A stretch of 64,000 nucleotides of DNA from an uncultured Tessaracoccus sp. (GCF_947255005.1 NZ_CAMYFI010000001.1:27591-91590); one strand, 5' to 3'. Counted from the first letter of the stretch, positions 40,015-52,666 are shown. Translations and numbers: made by a program. The notes: a model not told the origin generated them from the sequence alone.

Positions 40015-40934
40015 TGAGTACGCAATCGGTAACCTCTAAGCAAACGTCCGGCGCGCAGTCCGCACCGGAGCAGCGCAAAGTCAAGGGCGCGGGGTGGCGG
40101 TGGTTCAAGTCAGTGGGCTGGAAGCACGTGTTCGCCATCGTGTTCATCGTCTACTGCATCCTGCCGCTGCTGTACGTCGTCTCTGCCTCGGTAAACCCGA
40201 GGGGCACCCTCACGGGCTCGAATAACCTGTTCCAGGCGTTCACCGGAGCGCACTACCAGAGGTTGCTGGAGACGGACTTCCCGAAGTGGGCGCTGCACTC
40301 ACTGTTCGTGTCGAGCGTCACCGCCGTCGCTACCGTCCTCATGGCGGCCTGCGCGGCGTACGCGTTCAGCCGGTTCCGGTTCAAGGGCCGCCACGGTGGG
40401 CTGACGTTCCTGCTCATCATCCAGATGTTCCCGCAGATGCTGGCCTTCGTCGCCATCTTCCTGCTGCTGCTCACCATTCAAGAGATCTACCCACCGCTGG
40501 GGCTCGGGCAGCACCTCGGGCTGATCGCCGTCTATCTGGGCGGCGCGCTGGGGGCGAACACCTTCCTCATGTACGGCTTCTTCAACACCATCCCGAAGGA
40601 GCTCGACGAGGCAGCGAAGATCGACGGCGCCACGCACGCCCAGATTTTCTGGGGCATCATCATGCGCTTGGTGTCGCCCATCCTCGCGGTGGTCGGCCTG
40701 CTGAGCTTCGTCGGCACCTACGGCGAGTTCATCCTTGCGCGCGTGGTGCTGCAGCGTCCTGAGCAGTACACGCTCGCCGTCGGCCTCTATGTGTGGGCCT
40801 CCGACGAGCGCAACGCCCCGTGGTCGCTGTTCGCCGCAGGTGCGGTGCTCGCCGCAATCCCCGTTATCCTGCTGTTCATGTTCCTGCAGAAATACATCGT
40901 GAGCGGGCTCACCGCTGGCGGTGTGAAGGGATAA
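40011..40934 (+). CDS. malG: Maltose-type ABC transporter permease (MalG-like)
   Basis: EAA loop EAAKIDGATHAQIFWGIIMRLVSP. Confidence 0.85.
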   Translation: MMSTQSVTSKQTSGAQSAPEQRKVKGAGWRWFKSVGWKHVFAIVFIVYCILPLLYVVSASVNPRGTLTGSNNLFQAFTGAHYQRLLETDFPKWALHSLFVSSVTAVATVLMAACAAYAFSRFRFKGRHGGLTFLLIIQMFPQMLAFVAIFLLLLTIQEIYPPLGLGQHLGLIAVYLGGALGANTFLMYGFFNTIPKELDEAAKIDGATHAQIFWGIIMRLVSPILAVVGLLSFVGTYGEFILARVVLQRPEQYTLAVGLYVWASDERNAPWSLFAAGAVLAAIPVILLFMFLQKYIVSGLTAGGVKG

Positions 40935-40982
40935 CGATGTTCCGAAGCTAGTGATGGGCAAGGGACGGAAGGCCGGGCTCAG

Positions 40983-42557
40983 GTGCGTACTGCATCGGCC
41001 CGGCCTCCTTGTCTCTATTGGGTGAACGAAACCACGTCGAACCATGCACGCCCTGCGACGGATGGATACGATGAACGGGTGCTCCACCCAGACGGCAAGC
41101 TCACCCTTGAGCTCGATCCCATCGACACCCCACCTCGCGACGAGTGTGGCGTGTTCGGCGTCTGGGCCCCCGACGAGGACGTCGCTCAACTCACCTACTT
41201 CGGGCTGTTCGCCCTACAACACCGCGGCCAAGAGTCCGCAGGCCTAGCGGTGTCGTCCGGCGAGCGCATCACGGTGTTCAAAGACATGGGGCTGGTGGCG
41301 CAAGTATTCGACGAGTCGACGCTGAAGTCGCTGCCGGGCGACATTGCCATCGGGCATACGCGGTATTCGACGGGCGGTTCGTCGACGTGGAACAACGCCC
41401 AGCCCACCTTCCGCTCGCGCCCCGACGGCACGGGGTTGGCGCTCGCCCACAACGGCAACCTCACGAACACCGACGAGCTCGAGGCGTGGCTGCACGAACT
41501 CGCGCCGGAAACGAAGGTCGCATCCAAGCATGCCGCGATGGATTCAACGTCGGACACGGCCCTCATCTCGGCGCTCATGGTGTCGATGGGGGAGAAACCC
41601 CTGGAGGACATCGCTCATGAGGTGCTGCCACGCCTCAAGGGTGCATTCTCGCTGGTGTTCATGACCCCGACGACGCTGTACGCCGCGCGCGACCCGCAGG
41701 GCGTGCGCCCGCTCGTACTCGGACGGTTGCGCACAGGCTGGGTGGTGGCGAGCGAGACGGCGGCGCTGGACATCGTCGGCGCATCGTTCATCCGTGAAAT
41801 CGAGCCGGGGGAATTCGTCGCTATCGACGCGGCCGGGCTTCGTACCCAGCGTTTCGCTGAAGCGCGGCCGAAGGGCTGCATCTTCGAGTACGTGTACCTG
41901 GCGCGTCCGGATACGAAGATTGCCGGGCGGGGCGTGTACGAAACTCGCGTCGAGATTGGTAGACGTCTCGCGCGCGAGCATCCCGTCGACGCCGACCTGG
42001 TGATCCCCACGCCCGATTCCGGCACGCCGTCGGCAATCGGGTTTGCGAAGGAATCGGGCATCGAGTTCGGGCTCGGGCTCGTGAAGAACTCTTACGTCGG
42101 ACGCACCTTCATTCAGCCGTCCGACACCATCCGGCAGCTCGGCATTCGTTTGAAGCTGAACCCGCTGCGCGCGGTGATCGAGGGCAAGCGGCTCGTGGTC
42201 GTCGACGATTCCATCGTGCGCGGCAACACCCAGCGCGCCCTCGTGCGGATGCTGCGCGAGGCGGGCGCCAGCGAGGTGCATGTGCGCGTCGCGTCGCCGC
42301 CGGTGTTGTGGCCGTGCTTCTACGGCATCGACTTCGCCACGCGCGCGCAGCTGATCGCGCCCGGACTCACCGTCGATGACATCTGCCGTTCCATCGGGGC
42401 TGATTCCCTCGGATATGTTTCGATGGAGGCCATGACCGAGGCGACGACGGTGCCGGCCTCACAACTGTGTCGTGCCTGTTTCGACGGCCACTATCCAATC
42501 AGTATCCCCAAGGAGCAGGGCAGGCTGCTCGGTATCACGAACGAGGAGGAGCTGTGA
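40983..42557 (+). CDS. purF: Amidophosphoribosyltransferase (true start probably downstream of 40983)
   Basis: N-terminal nucleophile CGVFGV and QHRGQESAGLAV, PRT-domain motif VVVDDSIVRGNT, C-terminal Fe-S cysteines. Confidence 0.85.
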   Translation: MRTASARPPCLYWVNETTSNHARPATDGYDERVLHPDGKLTLELDPIDTPPRDECGVFGVWAPDEDVAQLTYFGLFALQHRGQESAGLAVSSGERITVFKDMGLVAQVFDESTLKSLPGDIAIGHTRYSTGGSSTWNNAQPTFRSRPDGTGLALAHNGNLTNTDELEAWLHELAPETKVASKHAAMDSTSDTALISALMVSMGEKPLEDIAHEVLPRLKGAFSLVFMTPTTLYAARDPQGVRPLVLGRLRTGWVVASETAALDIVGASFIREIEPGEFVAIDAAGLRTQRFAEARPKGCIFEYVYLARPDTKIAGRGVYETRVEIGRRLAREHPVDADLVIPTPDSGTPSAIGFAKESGIEFGLGLVKNSYVGRTFIQPSDTIRQLGIRLKLNPLRAVIEGKRLVVVDDSIVRGNTQRALVRMLREAGASEVHVRVASPPVLWPCFYGIDFATRAQLIAPGLTVDDICRSIGADSLGYVSMEAMTEATTVPASQLCRACFDGHYPISIPKEQGRLLGITNEEEL

Positions 42558-43591
42558 GCAACGCGTACGCGCGGGCGGGCGTCGACATTGAGGCGGGGGA
42601 TCGTGCCGTCGAGCTGATGAAGGCTTCGGTGGCGCGCAGCCGCCGCCCCGAGGTGCTGGGTGGGCTGGGCGGCTTCGCCGGATTCTTCGATGCCAGCGCG
42701 CTGAGGACCATGAAGCAGCCGGTCCTGGTGAGTTCCACCGACGGTGTGGGCACCAAGGTGGCCATCGCGCAAGCTCTCGACAAGCACGACACGATCGGCT
42801 TCGACCTGATCGGCATGCTCGTCGACGATCTCGTCGTCACCGGCGCCGAGCCGCTGTTCGTCACCGACTACATCGCCTGTGGCAAGGTGGTTCCCGAACG
42901 CATCGCTGCCATCGTCGGTGGCATCGCCGACGCATGCGTCGCCGCGGGCTGCGCGCTCGTCGGTGGCGAAACCGCGGAGCATCCTGGCCTGCTCGGGCCG
43001 GATGAGTACGACGTCGCCGGCGCCACGACGGGTGTGGTGGAGCGCGCCAAGATTCTCGGCCCCGAACGGGTGCGAGCGGGCGATGTCGTCGTCGCATTGG
43101 CCTCCTCGGGATTGCATTCCAACGGCTATTCGCTCGTGCGGCACGTGCTGTTGCAGGAAGCTCGCTGGCGGCTCGACCGTCACGTCGACGAGCTCGGACG
43201 CACGCTGGGTGAGGAGCTGCTGGAGCCCACGAAGGTGTATGCCCTCGACGTGCTGGCGCTCATCGACGAGGTGGAGACGCATGCGTTTTCGCACATCACC
43301 GGCGGCGGGCTCGAAGCGAACCTCGCCCGTGTGATCCCTGACGGGCTCAGCGCGCGGCTGCAACGCTCGTCGTGGACGCCCGCGCCTATTTTCCAGCTCG
43401 TGCAGCAGGTGGGCGGTCTCACGCAGGCCGACCTTGACGCCACCTTGAACATGGGGGTGGGCATGGCAGCCATCCTGCCTGCGGAATCCGTCGATGGCGC
43501 GCTCGCGCTGCTTGAACGGCGCGGCATCAGCTCCTGGGTGCTGGGTGAGATTACGGACGGCGAAGGCTCGGGCACAGCGGCACTCATCTGA
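42554..43591 (+). CDS. purM: Phosphoribosylformylglycinamidine cyclo-ligase (AIR synthetase)
   Basis: GTG start. YARAGVDIEAGD. PurM N- and C-domains. Confidence 0.85.
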   Translation: MSNAYARAGVDIEAGDRAVELMKASVARSRRPEVLGGLGGFAGFFDASALRTMKQPVLVSSTDGVGTKVAIAQALDKHDTIGFDLIGMLVDDLVVTGAEPLFVTDYIACGKVVPERIAAIVGGIADACVAAGCALVGGETAEHPGLLGPDEYDVAGATTGVVERAKILGPERVRAGDVVVALASSGLHSNGYSLVRHVLLQEARWRLDRHVDELGRTLGEELLEPTKVYALDVLALIDEVETHAFSHITGGGLEANLARVIPDGLSARLQRSSWTPAPIFQLVQQVGGLTQADLDATLNMGVGMAAILPAESVDGALALLERRGISSWVLGEITDGEGSGTAALI

Positions 43592-43593
43592 GG

Positions 43594-45045
43594 GTGAGCC
43601 TGCACACCTTTATGATTGCCCGCATGCGGCGTGTGTGGCTCAGTGGGTTGTTGGTGCTACTGGTGGGCTGTGCGCCCTCGTCTCCCAGCGGGCCGGGCTC
43701 TCCGACGCCGTCAGCGACTCCTCCGACGCCCACGATGCCGTCCCCAACGCCCAGGACGCCGTCGCTGGAGCCGTCCGCCGCGCTTGAGCAGATCGGCGCG
43801 ACGGAATGCGTCACACAGTTCCGCCATGATGCTGAGCCGTGGACTATCGAGATTGACCCGCAGTGTGACGACCTCTTGGCGCTCGGCGAGACGCTGTTCT
43901 CAGTCGTGAACGACGCCGGCCGCGAGGGCGAGCCGGAAGCGATGATCGTGCACGGGCCGTGGCGGGTGCCGGTGGAATACGAGCACGATGGTGGTGGCCC
44001 GCCGCCGGGGCCGGCCGACCTGCGGTGGATCCGTTGGCTTGCGGACGTGCCCGTCGCGCAGGGATCGATCACACATGCAATAGCACGCGTAAAGCTCTCC
44101 GACGACGCGCGCGCCGTCGACGTGATGCATGATCTCATCGCAAAGAACGTTGTCGATGATGAGCGCGCGTCCCTGCAGCTCGAAGGCGGCGGCTCGACGA
44201 TCAACCTCGCCCCTGGCAACGCGGCCCAGGCGGAGCAGTTCGCTGCGTACGAACGGGTGCTCGCGCAGGCGTCGTCGAACGTTGGCGAGTTCACGGCGTT
44301 GCCGCCGAGGATGAAGGTGAGTGTGCGCGACTCGACGCACGCGATGAGCGTCGTTGATGCGATTGGCAAGGAGTCCGCTGCGCTCACCAGCCACCAGGTG
44401 AGCCTCGTGTTTCCCGATGGGCGACGGGTGCAAGGCAAGGTGTCTGAGCTTCGTGAGGGACTTTCAGGGGAGTCGGAGGTGGCAAAGCAGGTGGCGACGA
44501 CCGGCGCGCGCTTGACGTTCACGGACTTCCGCGACCATTACTCCCTCGACGTGCCGGATGTCGATTCGTTCGCCAAGTTTGTGGCATTGGTCTCGTCTGA
44601 TCAGTGGAAGGGCCGGCCGGAGCTGAGCGTGGAAGTCATCCCGCGGTATGCGGACAATCCGTTCACGTTGAAGCTGGAGTTATGGCGCGTCGTGGGGCCC
44701 ATCATCGTCGATGCGCACAAGGCAGGTATGACCGAGACTCGCGCCAACGAGGGTAGATCAGGGACGGCTAAGCGCACGTTCGACATCGAGTTCAAAACTC
44801 CCCTAAACGGCCCGGACCTCACCTCTTCGGAAGGGTATCGGCGCATCGTCGAGATACTCCGGGCGCACCAGTGGGAAGGCCGGGCCCAGATTGAGCTGGC
44901 CTACGACGAGCATCTCCTCTTCTGGAGCACCGCCGAAGGCAGGGCCGAGGGCGCACACAACTCGCGGCCGGGCGCGAAACAGCGCGAACCATACGGGTGG
45001 GGCAAGGACTTTCTTGCGCTGTGGGACTCGACGGCAAAGCGTTGA
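43594..45045 (+). CDS. Lipoprotein of unknown function with Pro/Thr-rich linker
   Basis: Signal/lipobox LLVLLVGCAPS followed by PSGPGSPTPSATPPTPTMPSPTPRTPS. No recognisable domain in the remaining ~400 aa. Confidence 0.5.
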   Translation: MSLHTFMIARMRRVWLSGLLVLLVGCAPSSPSGPGSPTPSATPPTPTMPSPTPRTPSLEPSAALEQIGATECVTQFRHDAEPWTIEIDPQCDDLLALGETLFSVVNDAGREGEPEAMIVHGPWRVPVEYEHDGGGPPPGPADLRWIRWLADVPVAQGSITHAIARVKLSDDARAVDVMHDLIAKNVVDDERASLQLEGGGSTINLAPGNAAQAEQFAAYERVLAQASSNVGEFTALPPRMKVSVRDSTHAMSVVDAIGKESAALTSHQVSLVFPDGRRVQGKVSELREGLSGESEVAKQVATTGARLTFTDFRDHYSLDVPDVDSFAKFVALVSSDQWKGRPELSVEVIPRYADNPFTLKLELWRVVGPIIVDAHKAGMTETRANEGRSGTAKRTFDIEFKTPLNGPDLTSSEGYRRIVEILRAHQWEGRAQIELAYDEHLLFWSTAEGRAEGAHNSRPGAKQREPYGWGKDFLALWDSTAKR

Positions 45046-45120
45046 GGGGCCCTGCCTGTGCTGAGCCGTGCGTCCGATACAGTGTGAGGAAACGATTTCA
45101 TTGAGTGATCGGAGGGTGCT

Positions 45121-45450
45121 GTGACAGCGATCCTCTCTATGCTCATGTTCCTCGTGGAGCTGCTCACCTGGGTGTCGATTGGCATCGTGTTTCACGCCCG
45201 AGCAGGCGGTGGCCTCGTCGGATGGATCGTGGCCGTGGTGGCGGTGTGTGTGGTGCTGGCCGGCTGGGTTCGATGGGCCGCACCGTCGTCGAGAAGCCGC
45301 ACCCCGGCCAAGGCCGCCATGACCAAGATCGTCGTGTACGGCATTGCAATCGTGGGCATGGCCTCCATCGGGCACCTCGTGTTTGCCCTGGTACTCGCGG
45401 TGTCCGCTATCGTGCTTGCCCGCGCGCTGGCTTCCGCCACCAGACGCTGA
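45121..45450 (+). CDS. Small membrane protein (3-4 TM helices), unknown function
   Basis: Hydrophobic helices and a basic C-terminus. Confidence 0.45.
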   Translation: MTAILSMLMFLVELLTWVSIGIVFHARAGGGLVGWIVAVVAVCVVLAGWVRWAAPSSRSRTPAKAAMTKIVVYGIAIVGMASIGHLVFALVLAVSAIVLARALASATRR

Positions 45451-45475
45451 GCCTACGGCTTCGCCCCACAAAATG

Positions 45476-45516
45476 ACGAAGCGTGAGCCGACGATGATCG
45501 TCAGCCCACGCTTCGT
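45476..45516. terminator. Nested hairpin between convergent genes (candidate bidirectional terminator)
   Basis: 10-bp stem ACGAAGCGTG / CACGCTTCGT enclosing inner palindrome GACGAT/ATCGTC. Lies between the + strand gene ending at 45450 and the - strand glgP ending at 45539. Confidence 0.4.
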
Positions 45517-45538
45517 GCCGCGATGTTAGGAGCCTCGG

Positions 45539-48094
45539 CTAGAACCTCGGCGTGATGTTCCAAATGCGCTGCATGTAGTCGCGCATGGAGCGATCAGAGG
45601 TGAAGTAGCCGCAGCGGGCGACGTTCAAGATCGCGGAGCGCGTCCACGCCTCAGGGTCGGCGTACTTCGCTTCAACCTCGGCCTGCTTGTCCATGTAGGA
45701 AGCGAAGTCGGCGAACAGCATGAAGCGATCGTGGTAGAGCCAGCTGGAGACCAGCGACTCGAAGGTGGTGCGGTCGCCGTCGGAGAAGACCCCCGAGGAG
45801 ATCAAGTCAACGGCCGCCTTGAGCTGCGGGTCCTTCGAGTAGTACTCGCCCGGCTCGTAGCCCTGCTGCTGCAGCTCGGCCACTTCCGGTTCGGTCATGC
45901 CGAACAGGAAGAAGTTGTCGTCGCCCACGAACCTGCGGATTTCGACGTTGGCGCCGTCGTCCGTGCCGATCGTGAGCGCGCCGTTCAGCGCGAACTTCAT
46001 GTTGCCCGTACCGGAGGCCTCCATGCCCGCGAGCGAGATCTGCTCCGAGAGGTCGGCCGCAGGGATGAGCTTCTCGGCGAGAGTGACGTTGTAGTTCGCC
46101 GGGAAGGCTACCTTCAAACGTCCCTCGAGGCGCTCGTCGGCGTTGATAACCTCTGCCACCTTGTTGATGAGGTGGATGGTGTCTTTCGCCAGGCGGTAGC
46201 CAGGGGCGGCCTTCGCGCCGAACACGACGGTGCGCGGCGTGATGTCGGAAGCCGGGAGCTTGCCGGAGACCACCTGCTCGTACAACGAAACGATGTGCAT
46301 GAGCTTCAACGACTGACGTTTGTACTCGTGCAGGCGCTTCACCATCACGTCGAGGAGGTGCCCGTCGGGCAGCTTGATGCCGTCGCGCTCAGCAAGAAGG
46401 TTGGTCAAGCGCGTCTTATTGAACGCCTTTGCCTCGCGGAAGCGGGCCCGGAACTCGTCGTCCTCCGCGAAGGGTTCCAGCTCTCGCAGGCGTTCGAGAT
46501 CGTTCACCCAGCCCTTGCCGATGGTGTCGCTAATCAGATCCGAGAGCTTGTAGTTGGCCATGCGGATGAAACGACGGGGGGTGATGCCGTTCGTGACGTT
46601 CGTGAACTTGTCGGGCCACAGGTCGGCAAAGTCCTTGAGCACCTTGTCGCGCAGCAGCTGGGAGTGGAGTTCCGCGACGCCGTTGATCTTGATGCCTGCG
46701 GTCGCCGCGAGGTGCGCCATGCGAACGGAACGCTCGGGGTACTCCGCGATGATGGACATGCGCCCGACGCGCACCTCGTCGCCTGGGAACGCGGAACGCA
46801 CCTCGTTGAGGAACTCCTCGTTGATGCGGTAGATGATTTCCAGGTGGCGGGGGAGCAGGCGGCCCAGAAGCTCCGTCGGCCATACTTCGAGGGCCTCCGG
46901 CAGCAGCGTGTGGCAGGTGTAGGCAAAGCACTTCGACGTGACCTCCCAGGCCTCGTCCCACTCGAAGCCCTCTTCGTCCATGAGCACACGCATGAGCTCG
47001 GGGACGCCGATGACGGGGTGGGTGTCGTTGAGCTGGAAGACGATGCGCTCGTGGAGGTTGTGTAGGTCGAAGTCGTCCTCGAGGCTGCGGATGAAGTCGC
47101 GGATCGACGCGGCGACGAAGAAGTACTGCTGCTGCAGGCGGAGTTCCTTGCCCTGCGGGGTGGAGTCCTCGGGGTAGAGCACCTTCGAGATGTTCTCTGC
47201 GAAGGTCTGGGCGCGCACTGCCTGCGCGTAGTCGCCGGCATTGAAGATCTGAAGGTCGAACGCGCGCGTTGCCTCAGCCGACCACAGGCGTAGGGTGTTC
47301 ACGCAGCCATTCTTGAAGCCCGGCACCATGTAGTTGTAGGGCACAGCCTGCACATCCCAGTCCGGAACCCAGCGGGTGCGCTCGCGGCCGTCGTCATCGG
47401 TGTAACGCTCGGTGTGGCCACCGAAGTTCACCTTGACGGAGGCCTCGGGGTGCGGGAATTCCCACGGGGAGCCGAGCGCAAGCCAGGTATCGGGCTGCTC
47501 GACCTGGCGTCCGTCGACGAAGGTCTGGCGGAAGATGCCGTACTCGTAGCGGATGCCGTAGCCAATGCAGGAGACGTTCATCGTCGCGAGCGAATCGATG
47601 AAGCAGGCGGCAAGCCGGCCGAGGCCACCGTTGCCGAGGCCTGGTTCGACTTCCTGTGCGCGCAGACGCCACAGCTCAATGCCGCACTGCTTGAGGCCTT
47701 CCTCTGCGATCTCGCTGAGATCGGAAGCCTGCAGCGCGTTACCGAGCTGGCGGCCGAGGAGGTACTCGGCGGACAGGTAACCGACGGTCTTGCTGTGATT
47801 TCGCTGGTTGTCTTTGGTGGTCTCTAGCCAGCGGGCCATCAAATAGTTGCGGACGGTGAGCGCCAGCGCCATGTATTGGTCGTTGATGCTGGACGACTCG
47901 AGGGTGACGCCCTGCGTGGTGTTGAGCTCGTGCAGGAACTCCTTCACGAAGCCGTCGACGGTGTGCGGGGGAGTAGCGACAGGGGCGATTGCCAACGGGT
48001 GGGTTGGCTTGTCTGACGGGCCAAATACCCGATGATCAACGTTGGGGGTCTCGTCGGCTTGGAAGGTGCCGTTCGAATGCGCAGTTTCAGCCAT
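45539..48094 (-). CDS. glgP: Alpha-glucan (glycogen/maltodextrin) phosphorylase, GT35
   Basis: PLP-site EASGTGNMKFALNGALTIGTDDGANVE. Length ~850 aa. Start taken at MAETAHS. Confidence 0.9.
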   Translation of the reverse strand: MAETAHSNGTFQADETPNVDHRVFGPSDKPTHPLAIAPVATPPHTVDGFVKEFLHELNTTQGVTLESSSINDQYMALALTVRNYLMARWLETTKDNQRNHSKTVGYLSAEYLLGRQLGNALQASDLSEIAEEGLKQCGIELWRLRAQEVEPGLGNGGLGRLAACFIDSLATMNVSCIGYGIRYEYGIFRQTFVDGRQVEQPDTWLALGSPWEFPHPEASVKVNFGGHTERYTDDDGRERTRWVPDWDVQAVPYNYMVPGFKNGCVNTLRLWSAEATRAFDLQIFNAGDYAQAVRAQTFAENISKVLYPEDSTPQGKELRLQQQYFFVAASIRDFIRSLEDDFDLHNLHERIVFQLNDTHPVIGVPELMRVLMDEEGFEWDEAWEVTSKCFAYTCHTLLPEALEVWPTELLGRLLPRHLEIIYRINEEFLNEVRSAFPGDEVRVGRMSIIAEYPERSVRMAHLAATAGIKINGVAELHSQLLRDKVLKDFADLWPDKFTNVTNGITPRRFIRMANYKLSDLISDTIGKGWVNDLERLRELEPFAEDDEFRARFREAKAFNKTRLTNLLAERDGIKLPDGHLLDVMVKRLHEYKRQSLKLMHIVSLYEQVVSGKLPASDITPRTVVFGAKAAPGYRLAKDTIHLINKVAEVINADERLEGRLKVAFPANYNVTLAEKLIPAADLSEQISLAGMEASGTGNMKFALNGALTIGTDDGANVEIRRFVGDDNFFLFGMTEPEVAELQQQGYEPGEYYSKDPQLKAAVDLISSGVFSDGDRTTFESLVSSWLYHDRFMLFADFASYMDKQAEVEAKYADPEAWTRSAILNVARCGYFTSDRSMRDYMQRIWNITPRF

Positions 48095-48428
48095 GCCTGC
48101 ATGGTACCGACCGATGCGGAGACTGTCGACGTGTGATGTATTCGTTTCGCAACGTTGCGAAACGTTTTGCATGAAGTGGGAGGAATCGCGTCGGGCCAGT
48201 GTCTGCGAACAGGCCCGGCACAGTCGGCATGAACTAGCTTCCAGTAGGGGGGGGCAGTCCGATGGGCGGCTTGTCGGGCCTGGACGGCGCTGGTAGTGAA
48301 GGGTCAGCTCGGATCCGAGTGCCGCCTCGGCAGCCAGTAGCGTGCCAGCAGATGGTTGGACAGAGTGAGTTATCCACAGCGGCTACCCGGCTCAGCGCTG
48401 TCATAGGCTGCTAAGCCAGGGTGAGACC

Positions 48429-48686
48429 TTGGCCCTGTTCGTGGACGAGAGCCCGAAGCAAAGTGATATCCGAGCTCTGATCCGCCAGTTCAAGTTCATC
48501 GGTACCGGGTCTCAGTACAGCGGCCATCCTTTGAAAAACATCCTTGACACGGTGTACTTCGCTCCGTCCCACGAGCGCCGCCTGCTTCAAGCCGCCGATC
48601 TTGTCTCGTACGCTCACTTCCGCGCTCGGATGACACCGAGACTTCTAAGAGCCACGCGGCGGGGCGGCAGGCCTGGGGGATTGTGA
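48429..48686 (+). pseudogene. Possible decayed DUF3800-family gene remnant (85-aa ORF keeping N- and C-terminal family motifs but lacking ~150 aa of middle)
   Basis: N-terminal LFVDESP (DUF3800 DESG-like) and C-terminal SHERRLLQAADLVSYA. Lies in a lower-GC, ORF-poor 0.7-kb patch. Confidence 0.3.
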
Positions 48687-48884
48687 AGGGCCTGTGTGCT
48701 TGCTACTTCTGGATTCCCTAGATGCAACATCAGCCCCGGACGGAGCCGGGGCTGTGGCGGATGGGACTCGTTCGAGAACCCGTGAACCTCATTCTACGTG
48801 GCTGCGCCCCGTCCACCACAAGACAAAACTGCATACCCGTAGACAGCTGAGGGCAAAAGTGGGGTCTCGCGTAATCACACCCGC

Positions 48885-49802
48885 TCAACCCTGTAGGCAC
48901 ACGTGTCCGGGGTGCGCGGCGGCTGATGCTGGCTCCACCTGGAAGGTTGCGTGGCGGATGTTGAAGTGGCTCGCGGTGCAGTCCTGTGCTGCTTGCACGA
49001 CGTCGGCGGCGTGGCCGTCGTGGAAGCACTCGTCGTTGACGACGATGTGCCCGGTGACGATGGGCAGGCCGGTGGCGATGGTGGAGGCGTGCAGATCATG
49101 CACCCCCTCGACCTGCTCGAGCGCTAGGAGGTGGGCGCGCACCTCGGCGAGGTCGAGAGACTCCGGGGTCTGCTCCATCAGTACCCGCAGGGTGCCGCGC
49201 AGGATGATCATCGCGCGCGGCACGATGAGTGCTGCGATGAGCAGGCTCGCGATCGCGTCGGCCTGCTGGAATCCCGTCGTGGCAATCAGGATACCTGCGA
49301 CGATCACGCCCAGCGAGCCGAGGGCGTCGTTGAATACCTCCAGGAAGGCGGCACGCATGTTGAAGTTGGCGTCGCGGCTCGAATGCAGCACCGCGATGGA
49401 GGCGAGATTGGCGATCAGCCCGACGACGCCGAAGGCCGTCACCGCGGTGCCGTGCAGCTGTGGGGGATCGAAAAGCCTTCGCATTCCCTCGATAGCTGCA
49501 TAGCAGCCGACGACGATCAGCACCGTGGCCTGGGCGAGGGCGGCGAGCACCTCGGCGCGGCGGAAACCCCACGTCCGGCTCGCATCGGCGGGCCTGCGCA
49601 TGAGGGTCGCGGCGCTGAGCGCGAGCAGGAGCCCCGACGCATCTACCACGACGTGCACGGTGTCGGTGAGCAGCGCGAGGCTGCCTGTGATGATCGACCC
49701 CACCAACTGCGCGACGACGACCGTCGACGTGATCGCCAACGCGATCCACAGCTTCCGACGATGCACGTCGGCACCGTGAGTGTGTGCGTGCCCGGCGCCC
49801 AT
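48885..49802 (-). CDS. czcD: Cation diffusion facilitator (CDF) family metal efflux transporter
   Basis: His-rich N-terminus MGAGHAHTHGAD. Six TM helices with HVVVD...D motifs. C-terminal cytoplasmic domain. Confidence 0.8.
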   Translation of the reverse strand: MGAGHAHTHGADVHRRKLWIALAITSTVVVAQLVGSIITGSLALLTDTVHVVVDASGLLLALSAATLMRRPADASRTWGFRRAEVLAALAQATVLIVVGCYAAIEGMRRLFDPPQLHGTAVTAFGVVGLIANLASIAVLHSSRDANFNMRAAFLEVFNDALGSLGVIVAGILIATTGFQQADAIASLLIAALIVPRAMIILRGTLRVLMEQTPESLDLAEVRAHLLALEQVEGVHDLHASTIATGLPIVTGHIVVNDECFHDGHAADVVQAAQDCTASHFNIRHATFQVEPASAAAHPGHVCLQG

Positions 49803-49807
49803 GCGAT

Positions 49808-50188
49808 TCAACTCCTCGTGGTGGCGGAATCGTCGTCCAGGGAGCTGTGCAGGTGGCTGCACAACTGGGCGGCATGGCCTGTGGAGTGGAGCATCTGCTC
49901 GGCGGCCGCGACGAGGATTCTCAGCAGTGCAGGCTCCGCGAGCGCGTACCAGGTGGCGCGCCCTTCCGGGCGTGCCGTGGGGAGGCCGCACTCCATGAGA
50001 AATGAGACGTGTTTACTCACCGTGGACTGCGCGAGCCCCATGTGGTCAACGAGGTCGCGCACCCGGTGCTCACCGGATGCGAGGTGCTGCAGGATCGCCA
50101 GCCGCGCGGGCTCCGCGAGCGCCTGGAACAGGTGCGCGTAAGCCTTGGTCGCGTGGTCGTCGACGACAACCTCAGAATCGATCGTCAC
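49808..50188 (-). CDS. ArsR/SmtB-family metalloregulator (start uncertain, up to 50248)
   Basis: HTH LAEPARLAILQHLASGEHRVRDLVDHMGLAQSTVSKHVSFL. Sits just upstream of and co-oriented with the CDF gene. Confidence 0.75.
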   Translation of the reverse strand: MTIDSEVVVDDHATKAYAHLFQALAEPARLAILQHLASGEHRVRDLVDHMGLAQSTVSKHVSFLMECGLPTARPEGRATWYALAEPALLRILVAAAEQMLHSTGHAAQLCSHLHSSLDDDSATTRS

Positions 50189-50304
50189 AGGGCGATGATA
50201 GCACTGAGGGTCGATGTGACAAGCTGGGCGCGGGCCTTCGCTCAACAAGCGGCGCCCGCCCCTTGCATGGGCAGGGGACGGGCGCCGGCGTCAGGCTAGG
50301 GCAG

Positions 50305-52509
<2,205 letters not shown>

Positions 52510-52666
52510 CTATCTCGTGGAATGCAATACGGGTTCAGCTTAGCTTTGCCACACTGAACTCGTGTCACCTTTGGTCTTGTGCGGAAACTTGGGTAGCCTT
52601 ATCGCCACGAGAAACTGAAAGATTCCGCGGTAACCCGCGAGGGACAGAGCAAGGGGGTCGACCCAT

